Shown: piece by piece, positions 46,043 to 46,572 of the stretch | How positions within the stretch are numbered: position 1 is the stretch's first letter | Layout: each line of letters begins with the position of its first letter | Origin: Actinomycetota bacterium | GTDB lineage: Bacteria; Actinomycetota; Acidimicrobiia; Acidimicrobiales; Ilumatobacteraceae | Assembly (NCBI GenBank): GCA_009705865.1 | Contig: WLSJ01000001.1 | Location: 1-46,572, forward strand | DNA: 46,572 nucleotides | Reading direction: 5' to 3' | Program-made: the position numbers and the translations under genes | The notes under the pieces: generated by a model | What the model saw: only the letters and a program-made list of their open reading frames with translations | Database searches by the model: none | Told to the model about the DNA's origin: nothing

Positions 46043-46063
46043 GGCAAAAACTTAGCGAGTTAT

Positions 46064-46101
46064 TGGCAGTCCCAACGGGATTCGAACCCGTGCCGCCACC
46101 T
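46064..46101 (-). pseudogene. tRNA 3'-half remnant (anticodon-stem 3' strand, variable loop, T-arm, acceptor 3' strand, CCA)
   Basis: The minus strand reads AGGTG-GCGGC-ACGGG-TTCGAAT-CCCGT-TGGGACT-G-CCA. No matching 5' acceptor strand (AGTCCCA) or D-arm lies upstream. Confidence 0.6.
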
Positions 46102-46148
46102 ACGACAAGTAGATGCCCGGTGGACGACATGGGTAGAAATTCTGACAC
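46098..46148 (-). pseudogene. 17-codon relic of a diverged uppP gene
   Basis: It translates to VSEFLPMSSTGHLLVVG, against VTEFLPISSTGHLLVVG in the intact UppP (41925-41875). That is 15/17 aa and 38/51 nt identical, and 11 of the 13 nt differences fall at third codon positions. TGA lies immediately upstream at 46151-46149. Confidence 0.65.
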
Positions 46149-46272
46149 TCATAGGCAATGCAGACCCACCAAAGTGTCCCGCCTTGATTGAATCGCTCTA
46201 TCCCATGGTTGGTTTGATTGACGAGTTAGGCTGGCATTTTAAGTAGACAGCAAATCTAATAAAGGTTCCATC

Positions 46273-46572
46273 ATGGCTTTCAATCGCTTCGGCACATTCA
46301 CACTCGGCATCATCATTGCTGCGGTATCAGCAGGAGCAGTGAACTTCGCAAACGCCGCAGGTAACACAACACTGAAAGCTTGTGCCGACAAAGCATCCGG
46401 CACGATGCGTTACATCTCAAAAGGCTCGTGCAAAAAGACTGAAAAAGCTCTGTCCTGGAATCAAATAGGCCCGTCTGGTGCAACCGGGACAAATGGTCAA
46501 AATCATTTTGCTGTGGATGCAACGGGAAAGACTTTAGGAGTAGTTACTGGCACTGGTTGGGGTGCGTATGAC
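46273..46572 (+). CDS. secreted protein with a Cys pair and short collagen-like G-X-Y run (3' end outside the window)
   Basis: The frame from ATG 46273 stays open to the window end (100 codons): MAFNRFGTFTLGIIIAAVSAGAVNFANAAGNTTLKACADKASGTMRYISKGSCKKTEKALSWNQIGPSGATGTNGQNHF.... It has a signal peptide and AAAGG 7 nt upstream. It is absent from the ORF track because no stop is reached. Confidence 0.65.
   Translation, partial: MAFNRFGTFTLGIIIAAVSAGAVNFANAAGNTTLKACADKASGTMRYISKGSCKKTEKALSWNQIGPSGATGTNGQNHFAVDATGKTLGVVTGTGWGAYD

Noticed and set aside
46064-46148. An intact tRNA gene on the minus strand, suggested by GGTTCGAATCC, a T-arm and a terminal CCA.
   Set aside because: The 3' half is perfect, but the sequence upstream cannot supply the 5' acceptor strand (AGTCCCA is needed; CTACCCA is found, giving 4/7 pairs). 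There is no D-arm, and the anticodon hairpin would have a 7-bp stem with a 5-nt loop. The upstream part instead translates into the uppP signature motif. I call it a remnant.
1-46572. CRISPR arrays, IS elements, transposases, integrases, toxin-antitoxin pairs, rRNA genes and riboswitches.
   Set aside because: I found no direct-repeat/spacer periodicity, no DDE/HUH or tyrosine/serine recombinase motifs in any listed ORF, and no intergenic region long enough (almost all are under 50 nt) to hold a riboswitch or rRNA. The absence of an integrase weakens, but does not exclude, the insertion interpretation of the 42-46 kb region.

Overview
This is a 46.6-kb, very tightly packed chromosomal segment from an actinobacterium. 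The lineage call rests on hallmark genes: the mycothiol conjugate amidase Mca, a mycothiol-dependent DinB/maleylpyruvate-isomerase-family enzyme, two F420-type luciferase-like oxidoreductases, an LCP cell-wall ligase, glf-glfT2 and WS/DGAT. I can support 43 protein-coding genes, two of them cut by the window edges. Most are separated by under 50 nt, and many have overlapping stop/start codons (ATGA, GTGA, TAATG). The content is mostly housekeeping: lipid and acyl-CoA metabolism (ACAD, thiolase, crotonase, acyl-CoA carboxylase alpha plus BirA, a B12-mutase catalytic subunit, WS/DGAT); lysS-dapD; c-di-GMP signalling; and cell-envelope genes (LCP, an M15 peptidase, a SpoIID-SGNH-PG-binding fusion, glf/glfT2, uppP). 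I see no rRNA, intact tRNA, CRISPR array, transposase or integrase. The part most worth following up is the right-hand end. At 46064-46148 a 17-codon relic of a diverged uppP gene is fused to the 3' half of a tRNA. Together with the intact uppP (41158-41988), this relic brackets a 4-kb, three-gene co-directional cassette. The cassette encodes a bestrophin/DUF4239-like membrane protein, an 823-aa secreted metzincin with Ig-like repeats, and a translationally coupled Thr-rich lipoprotein. I read it as an insertion scar or flexible-island boundary carrying an uncharacterised envelope module. Other points of interest are a PAS-GGDEF-EAL gene whose first PAS domain lies upstream of any canonical start codon, a secreted 7-bladed RCC1 propeller with four Fn3-like repeats, a domain-permuted rhodanese-ThiF enzyme, and several head-to-head gene pairs with almost no spacer. 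All functional calls come from by-eye motif recognition on the supplied translations. No database search or folding program was run.
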